A stretch of DNA of 64,000 bases from a virus (lineage: Duplodnaviria; Caudoviricetes). Positions 54,518-63,675 of the stretch are shown piece after piece. How positions within the stretch are numbered: the first letter of the stretch is position 1; each line of letters starts with the position of its first letter. Position numbers and translations under genes: made by a program. The notes beneath the pieces are model-generated. The model saw nothing but the letters and a program-made list of their open reading frames with translations. It made no database searches and was not told where the DNA came from. The stretch spans positions 1 to 64,000 of IMG/VR virus record IMGVR_UViG_3300029288_000120; one strand, 5' to 3'.

Positions 54518-55552
54518 ATGGCTAAAGAAAAAGAATGTGGTATTTGGATCTCACCCACTGTAAGAAAATTGATGAAAATGAAAATCATCAATTGCATGGA
54601 AGGTTTGTTGCTAGCACATATTGAGTACCTAGAAAACGGAGAAGGTTGCTTTGCTTCCAACAGTTACTACTCAGAAGAATTGGGTATTAGCACCACTTGG
54701 GTGAGTGTAACAATTGCTAAATTGAGGAAGAAAAAATTGATAGTACAGACTGGACCAAACAACAAAAAAAGGCACTTGAAAGTGTGTTTTTCTGGGGTGG
54801 AATGCTTTGAAGTACCCTTAAAGGCCCGCTTTGAAGTACCCTTAAAGGCCCGCTTTGAAGTACCCTTAAAGGCCTATAATAATAAAGAGAATGAATATAG
54901 AGAAATAAAAGATAAATTTATTGACATAAATTTATGTCCGGCTGAAAGCCAGACACTTGCTGAAGAAACTTCTGAAATACTTAATGGAGGAGATGATACA
55001 GTGAAGAAATTAAGTAAGGCCATTTCAAGTAATCAAACTGGTTTTGGTTTAGTTGATAATACCAAAAAGAAGTCATCCACCAAAAAATCAGAATTCCCAT
55101 TATCTGAGTTTGATAAAGAGCAAGGAGTTGAGTTAAGAACTATTTTAGTAGAGCAAGGTTCAGATTTGGTCACTACAGGTTATAAAGCATCACCAGGAAA
55201 ATGTAAGAAAGGCAGTAAAAGACCAAAAAGAAACTATTCAAAGGCAGTTACCCCAGAGACATTGGCAGAGAACTTTTACTTACTAAGAAAGGAGAGAAAT
55301 GTTTCTGAGAAAGAGATAATGGAAGTAATGGAATTCCTTTCCAGAGAATCCAATGGTCAATTTACTCCCAAAGTGTATGCCGCTATGGATCTGTACAATA
55401 AGTGGGAAAGGTTTAGAGATGCTGTGAAGAGATCAGAAGATAGGGAGTTATGTGGAAGTGGAAGTTCCCCAAGAAATAATGCAGTAGGAATGCTTAAGCG
55501 GGCTGGATTTTCTAGAGAGGAGATACATGAGTATGTCTACGGGAAAAACTAA
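54518..55552 (+). CDS. Replication initiator (lambda O-like architecture)
   Basis: CFASNSYYSEELGIS wHTH; internal iterons; upstream of loader and DnaB genes. Confidence 0.75.
   Translation: MAKEKECGIWISPTVRKLMKMKIINCMEGLLLAHIEYLENGEGCFASNSYYSEELGISTTWVSVTIAKLRKKKLIVQTGPNNKKRHLKVCFSGVECFEVPLKARFEVPLKARFEVPLKAYNNKENEYREIKDKFIDINLCPAESQTLAEETSEILNGGDDTVKKLSKAISSNQTGFGLVDNTKKKSSTKKSEFPLSEFDKEQGVELRTILVEQGSDLVTTGYKASPGKCKKGSKRPKRNYSKAVTPETLAENFYLLRKERNVSEKEIMEVMEFLSRESNGQFTPKVYAAMDLYNKWERFRDAVKRSEDRELCGSGSSPRNNAVGMLKRAGFSREEIHEYVYGKN
54804..54874. repeat. Three 24-bp iterons; probable replication origin
   Basis: GCTTTGAAGTACCCTTAAAGGCC(C) x3, followed by an AT-rich tract and the palindrome GACATAAATTTATGTC. 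Confidence 0.8.
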
Positions 55553-55898
55553 GAAGAAACTGTTAATTGGTTTGGCTGAGTGTTATGGCAAGAATTTTTC
55601 AGAAAATGCTTTGGAAATAATGCTAGATGCTCTAGATGATGTTAGTGAAGAAGAGTTTCAGATAGCAACAAAAAGAGCACAAAGAAAATCAAAGTGGATG
55701 CCAACAGTAGCACAACTCAGGCAGATAGTAAAGAGGCATAGATTCAATGTGGGAGAAAAGATAATACCTGAGATAAGAAGAAGATTGGAAAAGGTAGGGG
55801 AGTATCAGATAGGGGAACAAACATGGCAGGAAGATGTGGATAGGGTGTTGGCCGAGATGGGCTACAGTGAAGGTTATGTTGACTCTAATAGGGTGTAG
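55527..55898 (+). CDS. Putative helicase loader (G39P/lambda P-like)
   Basis: KWMPTVAQLR motif; between initiator and helicase. Confidence 0.55.
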   Translation: MSMSTGKTKKKLLIGLAECYGKNFSENALEIMLDALDDVSEEEFQIATKRAQRKSKWMPTVAQLRQIVKRHRFNVGEKIIPEIRRRLEKVGEYQIGEQTWQEDVDRVLAEMGYSEGYVDSNRV

Positions 55899-55933
55899 TT
55901 TCAAGGATAAGATAGAGATGCTAGTAGGATATT

Positions 55934-57307
55934 ATGAAAGTCAAGTCATACGAAGGATCGGAGACAAGGAAAATCTTGTCGGCCATGATAACAAACCCTA
56001 CTGTGTGTGCAAGGGTAGCAAGTCAGTGGAAAAAAGAAGGGCTGTTCAATTCCAAGTGGGCAGATTTAGTAGGGGGTTGGTGTGTTAAACATTTCAATAA
56101 GTATGGGGAACCACCAAATGGTCAACTCAAGGTTATATTCGATAAATGGGCAGACTCAACCAAGTCAGATGAATCTACCGTTAGACTTGTCTCTAGTTTC
56201 CTGGAAGAGACCTCCAATGAGTATGACCGAGAAAAGGTTCAGGAATCAACAGAGTTTCTCCTTGACCGTGCCGGTGAGTTATTTAATAAGCAAAGAATGC
56301 AAAAGGCCATCGAGGATGCTGAGTATGAGTTAGGGCAATCCAACACTTCCAAAGCCAGAGACTTTTTAGCAAACGGAATCGAAAAAGTAGAGCTAGGAGA
56401 AGGGGCTCTCATAAAACCGGGTGAAGATTATGAGATATGGAGGGAAGCTTTTGATAAGGAAGAGACAGAACAACTTATAAGATATCCAGGGAAGGCAAAT
56501 GACTTCATTGGATCTGCAATGGTTCGTGACAGTTTGGTTTCCTTTATGGGACCAGATAAAAGTGGTAAAAGTATGTTCCTTTTAGATGCAGCTTGTAGAG
56601 CTACAAGAAACAATAGAAGAGTAGCATACTTTGAAGCAGGGGATATGAGTCAAAACCAAGTCATGCTAAGGCTGGGCCAGAGGGTGTGCAGAATGCCCAA
56701 GAAAAAAGGTAGGGTAAACATCCCCACTGATTTTGAGGATGGTAAGGTATCATGGAAGAGCAAATTGTTTGAAGAGGTGGTTACACCACAGAGAGCATTC
56801 AAAGAGTTTAAGAGATTTAGCAAGAACAAGGATCTTTTCAGGCTGAGTTGTTATCCTAACAGCACAATTGATGTTACCATGATTAACAGTGCAGTATCTG
56901 GGTGGGCGAGGGAGGGCTGGGTGGCTGACGTTGTTATAGTTGATTATGCAGATATACTTGCACCCCCACCCATGGTAAGGGATCCATTGGATCAAATTGA
57001 CACAACTTGGAAAATGCTTAGGAGAACTAGTCAGGAATTACATTGTTTGGTACTGACAGCTACACAAGCAAGTGCTAGTGCTTACATGGCTAAGGGGTTA
57101 CTGGGAAAGAGACATTTTTCAGGTAGAAAGACAAAGTTAGCTCACGTAAATGGTATGATAGGTATAAATGTCTCCGAGTATGACAAGAAAAAAGGTATTA
57201 GTAAGCTTAACTGGATTGTGAAGCGAGATGGTTTTTACATGGAGAACCGGTACGTAACTGTAGTGGGTAGTTTGAAGATCTGTAACCCTTGCATTGTTAG
57301 TGGATAA
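55934..57307 (+). CDS. DnaB-like replicative helicase
   Basis: GPDKSGKS Walker A, IVDYAD Walker B, TATQ. Confidence 0.88.
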   Translation: MKVKSYEGSETRKILSAMITNPTVCARVASQWKKEGLFNSKWADLVGGWCVKHFNKYGEPPNGQLKVIFDKWADSTKSDESTVRLVSSFLEETSNEYDREKVQESTEFLLDRAGELFNKQRMQKAIEDAEYELGQSNTSKARDFLANGIEKVELGEGALIKPGEDYEIWREAFDKEETEQLIRYPGKANDFIGSAMVRDSLVSFMGPDKSGKSMFLLDAACRATRNNRRVAYFEAGDMSQNQVMLRLGQRVCRMPKKKGRVNIPTDFEDGKVSWKSKLFEEVVTPQRAFKEFKRFSKNKDLFRLSCYPNSTIDVTMINSAVSGWAREGWVADVVIVDYADILAPPPMVRDPLDQIDTTWKMLRRTSQELHCLVLTATQASASAYMAKGLLGKRHFSGRKTKLAHVNGMIGINVSEYDKKKGISKLNWIVKRDGFYMENRYVTVVGSLKICNPCIVSG

Positions 57308-57333
57308 AATTTACCAAAATTTTTGTACCCCCC

Positions 57334-57362
57334 TTGGTAATTTTGTTTTGGTGGTATATAAT
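57334..57362 (+). promoter_or_regulatory. Sigma70-type promoter
   Basis: TTGGTA-17 bp-TATAAT; TTACCAA/TTGGTAA inverted repeat overlaps the -35. Confidence 0.6.
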
Positions 57363-57422
57363 AGGTATGTGAAGAGGGCGTAATGCCCAAGTTTATTAAC
57401 ACTTTTTACTTTTAGGAGAACT

Positions 57423-58127
57423 GTGATGAAAGTTGTGCGAAAAGATCTTGTGTCGTTGTGTGTGGCCCTGGGATACAAGGCTGCTGCAAAATGGAACAAA
57501 GCCAGGATGGAGCGTAAATTGCAGGAGATCGCTGAGTTGGGAAAGGATGCAGATCTCAAGGTGGAGGAAGGAACCGAAGATGAGGAGAAGCTAAACAAGT
57601 TGTTGGAATCTCTCATCAAGGCCAAGGGGGCGGTGGACATCATTGTGGAAGATGATGATGAGGAAGAAGCTGAAGAAGAGGATAAGGCTCCTGTAAAGGA
57701 AGCTGAAGAAGAAGAAGAAGAAGAAGAGGAAGCTGAAGAAGCTGAGGATGAAGCCCCTGCAAAGGAAAAGAAGGCCAAGAAGGGGAAGAAGGCAAAGAAA
57801 GAAGCTGAGGAGGAAGCTGAGGATGAAGCTGAGGAGGAAGCTGGGGAAGAAGAGGATAAGGTTCCTGTAAAGGCCAAGAAAGAAAAGAAGGTCAAGAAGG
57901 AGAAGAAAGCAAAGAGGGAGGGGCCTTCCAACAAGGAGCAGGTGTACAAGATGTACTTAAAAATCGAGGATCGAAAAGAGCAGTCCCCCAAGAAGTTGGC
58001 CGTTGAGTTCAACAAAGTGGTAACAGGTGTGCAGTTGAATACAATTGCCATTTGGGTGTCGATGTGGAATAAGGGAAAAGGACTCCCTGCTTGTGCTAAG
58101 AACAAGGCCAAGAAGGAAGAAGACTGA
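57423..58127 (+). CDS. Low-complexity Glu/Lys-block protein
   Basis: Alternating poly-E and KKAKK blocks between two folded-looking ends; AGGAG RBS. Confidence 0.7.
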   Translation: MMKVVRKDLVSLCVALGYKAAAKWNKARMERKLQEIAELGKDADLKVEEGTEDEEKLNKLLESLIKAKGAVDIIVEDDDEEEAEEEDKAPVKEAEEEEEEEEEAEEAEDEAPAKEKKAKKGKKAKKEAEEEAEDEAEEEAGEEEDKVPVKAKKEKKVKKEKKAKREGPSNKEQVYKMYLKIEDRKEQSPKKLAVEFNKVVTGVQLNTIAIWVSMWNKGKGLPACAKNKAKKEED

Positions 58128-58170
58128 CAGACACGTTCATAAGTAAGAACCCAACGGAAGGAATTTAGTT

Positions 58171-58566
58171 ATGAGAGTCACAAAACGGGTTGAGTTTGAT
58201 TCTGCACACAGACTTTATGGATACTCTGGTCCTTGTGCAAGACTTCATGGGCATAGGTATGTTCTTGAAGTCACTCTAACAGGACAAGATTTGGATGACC
58301 TGGGAATGCTAGTGGATTTCAAGGAAGTATCACAGCAAGCCAATGGATGGGTGCAAGAAAAGTGGGATCACAGAACAATCCTTGCTTATAAGGATCCTCT
58401 GCGTGAAGTTGTAGAGGATTGTTACGTGATGCACCTGGGAAGAAATCCAACAGCAGAAAATATGTTGCTGGAGTTTAGTGATGCTTGGAAACCCATAAAG
58501 GGAACCAAGCTTCACAGTCTTAGGCTCTATGAAACCCCTGACTGTTGGGCAGATTTGATCCTGTGA
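58171..58566 (+). CDS. queD: 6-carboxy-5,6,7,8-tetrahydropterin synthase
   Basis: FDSAHRL..Y.G.C.RLHGHRY, GML.DF, WDH, NPTAEN, ETP. Confidence 0.93.
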   Translation: MRVTKRVEFDSAHRLYGYSGPCARLHGHRYVLEVTLTGQDLDDLGMLVDFKEVSQQANGWVQEKWDHRTILAYKDPLREVVEDCYVMHLGRNPTAENMLLEFSDAWKPIKGTKLHSLRLYETPDCWADLIL

Positions 58567-59210
58567 ACACACAAATACCTGAAAAAATCGACTACGATCC
58601 AGAAGGAAGTTTGGACGTAGTCGATATCTTTTATTCCATTCAAGGAGAAGGCCCCCTTGTAGGAACACCAGCAGTATTTATTAGGCTTGCTGGTTGCAAT
58701 TTTTGGTGTAGATTCTGTGATACTGACTACACCACTGGTAGACATAGAATGTCTGTAGAAGATATAGTTGGGGTGGTGAAGAATTTCCCAACTTGTTCTC
58801 TAGTAGTATTAACTGGAGGGGAGCCTTTTAGGCAAAACGTAGCCCCATTGATTTCCAAGTTAGGATGTATGGTCCAAGTGGAAACCAATGGTACCCTAGA
58901 TCCACAGGGAATAGATAAAGACCAGTTTTCTTGGCTAAATATAATTTGCAGTCCCAAAACAGGCAATGAATCCATTTCCGATGTCATAAGAAAAAATGCT
59001 TCTGCTATCAAGTATGTAATAGATGTGATGAGGATAGATGGGCAAGATGGATTGCCAAGGGGATTGGCAAGGTTTACGGGTATTCCTGTGTTTGTACAAC
59101 CTATGGATAATGAAGACTATAATAGGAATGTACAGGCAGCAGTTGATAGCTGTTTGAAGTTTGGGTACCGTTTATCACTTCAAATGCACAAGATAGTAGG
59201 AATAAAATGA
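58545..59210 (+). CDS. queE: 7-carboxy-7-deazaguanine synthase (radical SAM)
   Basis: FYSIQGEG...G.PAVFIRLAGCN..C.FCDT, TGGEP, VETNG, SPK, LSLQMHK. Confidence 0.93.
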   Translation: MGRFDPVNTQIPEKIDYDPEGSLDVVDIFYSIQGEGPLVGTPAVFIRLAGCNFWCRFCDTDYTTGRHRMSVEDIVGVVKNFPTCSLVVLTGGEPFRQNVAPLISKLGCMVQVETNGTLDPQGIDKDQFSWLNIICSPKTGNESISDVIRKNASAIKYVIDVMRIDGQDGLPRGLARFTGIPVFVQPMDNEDYNRNVQAAVDSCLKFGYRLSLQMHKIVGIK

Positions 59211-60112
59211 AAACAGTTGATTTAACATGGTGTGCGTTAAGATCACGTGCAGAAGCTGTAGTAAAGGACATCTTACTCCGTCCCTTCCATGACCATGATA
59301 GACTATATGCCTACCCGGTTCCTCGGGGGGGTGTTTATGCTGGTCTAATCTTGCAGGAGGTTGGAAAAGTTGTTGGGTTGGATATTGAGTTGGTAGACGA
59401 TCCAGCAGTAGCTCATATTTACATAGATGATATCATTGACTCAGGCGAAACTAGAGAAAGATACCAGAAAAAATCATGCAAACGATTTTATGCTTTAATA
59501 GATAAGACAGCAGATCTTGAAAGTATTTGGTATACATTTCCTTGGGAGAGACTAAGTGGGGAGAATGGTCCACAGGAGAACGTCAGACGGTTGCTGGAGT
59601 ATATAGGGGATGATCCCAATAGGGAAGGTCTGAAAGATACTCCAGATAGAGTGATAAGATCTTTTGAAGAACTTTACTCAGGGTACAAGACACAGCCAAG
59701 TAACATTTTGACTGTATTCAAAGATGGCACTTGTAATGAGATGGTTGTTCTGAAAGATATAGAGTTTTACAGTACTTGCGAGCACCACATGCTTCCATTT
59801 TTTGGTAAAGCTCACATTGCCTATATTCCCAACGGTAAGGTTGTTGGCATATCGAAGTTGGCAAGATTGTTAGAAGTATTCAGTAGGAGATTGCAAATAC
59901 AAGAGAGAATCTGTCAGCAAGTAACAGCTTCTCTTGATAAGAATTTGCAACCTATGGGATCTGCTTGTATTCTACAAGCACAACATTTCTGCATGACTAG
60001 TCGGGGAGTGCAGAAGCAGAACTCTATTATGGTGACAAGTTCACTGACTGGGGCATTTCTGGAATCTGATAGGGTTAGGCAGGAATTACTTAGTTTGGTT
60101 GGAAAAGGATAG
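59207..60112 (+). CDS. folE: Phosphoribosyltransferase-like domain fused to GTP cyclohydrolase I
   Basis: N-terminal VPRGG, IDDIIDSGET, FPWE; C-terminal REGL.DTP.R, CEHHMLPF, GISKLAR, RLQIQER, HFCMTSRG. Confidence 0.92.
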   Translation: MKTVDLTWCALRSRAEAVVKDILLRPFHDHDRLYAYPVPRGGVYAGLILQEVGKVVGLDIELVDDPAVAHIYIDDIIDSGETRERYQKKSCKRFYALIDKTADLESIWYTFPWERLSGENGPQENVRRLLEYIGDDPNREGLKDTPDRVIRSFEELYSGYKTQPSNILTVFKDGTCNEMVVLKDIEFYSTCEHHMLPFFGKAHIAYIPNGKVVGISKLARLLEVFSRRLQIQERICQQVTASLDKNLQPMGSACILQAQHFCMTSRGVQKQNSIMVTSSLTGAFLESDRVRQELLSLVGKG

Positions 60113-60121
60113 GAAGCTTGT

Positions 60122-61087
60122 ATGGATGTAGATCTTTCCCCTTTTAGTGATATCCTGGAAGAAAAAAAGCTGTACAGTCCCGGACCAGTTCCACAAAGAA
60201 TGGTCATAGATGTAAGTTATAGTCATAGAAGTATAGAGTTTAAGAATCTCTACAGGGAGATTTTGCGACTTTTACGAGAGAAGTATCAAGTACCATCAGA
60301 GTATGGTGTAGTTCTCATACAAGGTAGTGCTACCAGTGCTATTGAGTCTGTTCTGTACAGTCTTTCACATATCAAGTTTAGATTTCTCTGTACGGGGGTA
60401 TTTGGGCAGAGAGCCGAGAAAATCTATACTAGGATAAGTGAGAGACAGAATACCAAGAAAGTGGGAAATGGACTCTACTATGTACAGTTTGAGACCAGTA
60501 AAAGTAAATACTCTTCTTTAGCATACAATCTGGATGATTATGATTTGGTTGTTGCCGATTGTGTTAGTGGATTTGGTTACTACCCTCTTCCTAAGGTTAA
60601 TGTAGCTATCACATCTTCTGCAAAGATATTGGGTGGCTTGCCAGCCTTGGGAATAGTTATATATGATGAGAAAGCACTTAGTTACTTTAAGGGTGGTATT
60701 GACTACTTGGACATTTTGAAGTATATAGAATTGGGTGTAGATTTTCAGACCCCACATACCCCCATGCTTCCACAGATGATGAGTCTGCAGAAACAACTGG
60801 AAGATCCCATAAGCAGAAAGCAAATTGAGACAAACAGCAACAGTTTAGTATCAAGTAAGATAGTATTTTGTGGGGAAACCAAATCTCCAGTTTTAACAGT
60901 ATGTAGTCCTGGATATTCCAGTGTAAAAGATACTTTTCGGGAACATAATATAGAGGTGTATCATAATTCTGCTTATATGGAAGATCAGTTTCAGGTAAGT
61001 ATGTACAACTACAGGGATGAGAGATACTACTCTCTTCTTCGAATTCTCTTGGAAGGGATTATTGATGAAAATCGTCTGTCAGCTTAG
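60122..61087 (+). CDS. PLP-dependent class V aminotransferase-like protein
   Basis: SPGPV, SHRS.EF, GSAT.A.E, G.FG.R, ETS, DCVSG, SSAK.LGG.P, TPHTP. Confidence 0.85.
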   Translation: MDVDLSPFSDILEEKKLYSPGPVPQRMVIDVSYSHRSIEFKNLYREILRLLREKYQVPSEYGVVLIQGSATSAIESVLYSLSHIKFRFLCTGVFGQRAEKIYTRISERQNTKKVGNGLYYVQFETSKSKYSSLAYNLDDYDLVVADCVSGFGYYPLPKVNVAITSSAKILGGLPALGIVIYDEKALSYFKGGIDYLDILKYIELGVDFQTPHTPMLPQMMSLQKQLEDPISRKQIETNSNSLVSSKIVFCGETKSPVLTVCSPGYSSVKDTFREHNIEVYHNSAYMEDQFQVSMYNYRDERYYSLLRILLEGIIDENRLSA

Positions 61088-61715
61088 TGGTGGAGCAGAT
61101 AGTGCTTTGGCTCTGATAAAGACCAGAGAGAGATGGCCCGATGCTGAAGTACACACTTTATTTATAGACTACAATCAGGTTTGTAGGGAACAAGAATATA
61201 GAGCAGCTCTTTCTATCTCTAAGAAGTTGGGGATAGAGGAATTGCATTGTTTACGTCTACCCAATCTCTGGAAATCTGGGGGAATGATAGAGGGGGAGTA
61301 CGCTTCAGAAGCTAATGTTTATACTCCGTTGCGGAACTTGGTGTTATTGGGGATGTCCCTTGCGTATGCTGAGAGCATTGGAGCGGATACTGTGGTTACT
61401 GGAAGCAAGGGTCACAGTAAGGTAGAGGCAGATCCACATAGTTACTACGACAGTACATTAGCATTCCATACCCTTATGGAAATGGTTTGGTTTTACACCA
61501 CGGAAAAGAAAAGAAATGTGCAGATTGTGCCCATTCTATCACAAGGACATAAAAACACCTTATTGAAGGAGGAAGTGTACTCGCAGTTGATACAAAACGG
61601 CATAAAATATGAGGACACTTGGAGTTGCTTTAGAGGGGGTGAGTATGAGTGTGGGGAATGTACAAACTGTATAGTGAAAAGAAGATGCTATGAAACAAAA
61701 AACAATGCTGGATAG
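61065..61715 (+). CDS. queC: 7-cyano-7-deazaguanine synthase
   Basis: LSGGADS, DYNQ, PLRNL, TWSCF, CGECTNC. Confidence 0.9.
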   Translation: MKIVCQLSGGADSALALIKTRERWPDAEVHTLFIDYNQVCREQEYRAALSISKKLGIEELHCLRLPNLWKSGGMIEGEYASEANVYTPLRNLVLLGMSLAYAESIGADTVVTGSKGHSKVEADPHSYYDSTLAFHTLMEMVWFYTTEKKRNVQIVPILSQGHKNTLLKEEVYSQLIQNGIKYEDTWSCFRGGEYECGECTNCIVKRRCYETKNNAG

Positions 61716-62703
61716 TGGGGCGTACTCTGTTTACAGATTGGGAATAGAAATTGATCTGGATGAGTATATAGAGTACTGTGCAACCTGTCCACAAGTATCC
61801 TATTTTGTTAATCTAGATGTGATTCCAGGGGTATATGGGAATCCAGCTAGCATAAACGGCACAGAAATAGAAAGATGTAGTCAGGCTTCTTGGAACAACT
61901 ATAGGAAGATGATAAAAACACTACCTATAGAAAAAGTCATACCAGTTTTTCACCAAGGGGATGAAGTAGAATGGTTGAAAAGGTATATCAAGTTTGGAAC
62001 CCCTTATATTGGTCTATCCCCAGATAAGAATCTCTCAATAGCGAAGAGAATGAAGTGGATGAGGGGTTTGCAAGGCATCATCTCAGACAATGGAAAGCCC
62101 ATAGTAAAGACCCACATATTTGGAACAACATTTCCATCCTTCTTGTTTGCGTTTGAGTGTTACTCAGTAGATTCAACACTCTGGTTGAGACATGCTGCTT
62201 ATGGAAAGCTTCTGGTTCCTAGATCGAAGGGAGGAAAGTATGATTACTCCTTATCCCCTTTTAGCTTGGCTGTATCAAAGCAGTCCCCTGATATAAAGAG
62301 GAAAGGGGCTAGTATAGATAATGTGAGGGGAAAAGAAAGAAAGTACTTCTTGGATTATATAGAATCGTTGGGAGTACCGCTGGGGGAGAGTGATATAGTC
62401 AAGGTGAAAAGCCTTGACTATGAGTTAAAAGACAATGAAGAGTGGCTAAATAAGAAGAAATTGCAGATTCTTCGCAAAAAGGTTTTGGGGCTAACAAACT
62501 ACTACGTCAGCAGACACTTGGCAAATGTGCGTTATACCAATGCACTACAGAAAAATAGTTGGGTTCGTCGTATTTATTTTGCAGGAGCTAGTTCTACCAA
62601 AGAAGAAGTGTTAAGAGAGATAAAAAGCTACTTTTACGCTTTTTCAGAGTACAAACAAAAAGGAAATGGTAATGGAAGTAGGAAGAAAAGATCTTCTGGA
62701 TAA
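61690..62703 (+). CDS. dpdA: DpdA/TGT-like DNA deazaguanine transglycosylase
   Basis: LDSGAY, NLDVI, IPVFHQG, HIFG, SVDST; adjacent to que genes. Confidence 0.75.
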   Translation: MKQKTMLDSGAYSVYRLGIEIDLDEYIEYCATCPQVSYFVNLDVIPGVYGNPASINGTEIERCSQASWNNYRKMIKTLPIEKVIPVFHQGDEVEWLKRYIKFGTPYIGLSPDKNLSIAKRMKWMRGLQGIISDNGKPIVKTHIFGTTFPSFLFAFECYSVDSTLWLRHAAYGKLLVPRSKGGKYDYSLSPFSLAVSKQSPDIKRKGASIDNVRGKERKYFLDYIESLGVPLGESDIVKVKSLDYELKDNEEWLNKKKLQILRKKVLGLTNYYVSRHLANVRYTNALQKNSWVRRIYFAGASSTKEEVLREIKSYFYAFSEYKQKGNGNGSRKKRSSG

Positions 62704-63670
62704 GTTAAAGAAGTTGTCCTTGGGGTTATCACAGCGAGAAATCATTGAGCAAGCTTCATGTTTCGTTATTAAGGATGGTATGATCCATTCGTTTAATGAC
62801 GAAATCTCTTGTCGGTGTCCATGCGAGTTGAAAATGGATGGGGCTTTCAATGCCAATACTCTTTTAGCAATTCTTGGAAGAATGGATGAGAAGAAGATTG
62901 ATATAGAGTGCGTGGATGAGAACATTGTGATACAAGGCAAGAAAAAGAAGGTTAGGATTGTTCTTAATAAGGAAGTTTTGCTAGCCATTGACAGTGTAGA
63001 AATGCCTAAGAAGTGGAGGAAACTTCCTGAAGAGTTTGTGAAGGCAATTTCTTTGGCAAGGCAATGTGTTTCTAGGGATGAATCCCAGTTCATAGTAACC
63101 TGTGTGCATATCCATAAGGATTGGATAGAAGCATGTGATGATTTTCAAGCTATCAGGTATACCATGAGCACTGGATTTGATAGTTCCATTCTAGTTAGAG
63201 GTGATTCTATCAAGGGAATATTGGATTTGGACATTAAGGAGTTTGGGGAGACAGAACACTGGGTACACTTTAGGGATGGTTCTGGGTTCATTATGAGTTG
63301 TAAGAGATACATGGAGAAATACCCAGATACGTCAAAGATATTTGAGATTGAAGGTGTTCCTATGAAGCTTCCGGAGGGTTTAAGCGAGGCGGCCAAAAGG
63401 GCACAAGTTTTTTCTAATGATGGTTCTAATGAGAGTCTATTGACTCTATCATTGAAAGAGGGAAAACTAAAAATTACTGGAAAGGGTGTTACTGGTTGGT
63501 ATGACGAAATAAAGGAAGTAGAGTATGAAGGACAGCCGATTTCTCTTTTCATATCACCTAGCATTTTGATGGATATATTCTCATATGGAAGAAAATGTGA
63601 AGTTAGTAAGGATAGGCTGAAGATAAGAAGAAAAAACTACACCTATGTTGCTGTTGCAAGCAAGGAGTAG
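62666..63670 (+). CDS. DNA polymerase III beta sliding clamp-like protein
   Basis: ~330 aa; ACDDFQ (cf. ATDGHR), KYPD; clamp-like repeat pattern. Confidence 0.7.
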   Translation: MVMEVGRKDLLDKLKKLSLGLSQREIIEQASCFVIKDGMIHSFNDEISCRCPCELKMDGAFNANTLLAILGRMDEKKIDIECVDENIVIQGKKKKVRIVLNKEVLLAIDSVEMPKKWRKLPEEFVKAISLARQCVSRDESQFIVTCVHIHKDWIEACDDFQAIRYTMSTGFDSSILVRGDSIKGILDLDIKEFGETEHWVHFRDGSGFIMSCKRYMEKYPDTSKIFEIEGVPMKLPEGLSEAAKRAQVFSNDGSNESLLTLSLKEGKLKITGKGVTGWYDEIKEVEYEGQPISLFISPSILMDIFSYGRKCEVSKDRLKIRRKNYTYVAVASKE

Positions 63671-63675
63671 GAGGA

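Noticed and set aside
54804-54874. CRISPR array
   Set aside because: The 24-bp repeats are head-to-tail with no spacers, lie inside an initiator gene, and no cas genes are present.
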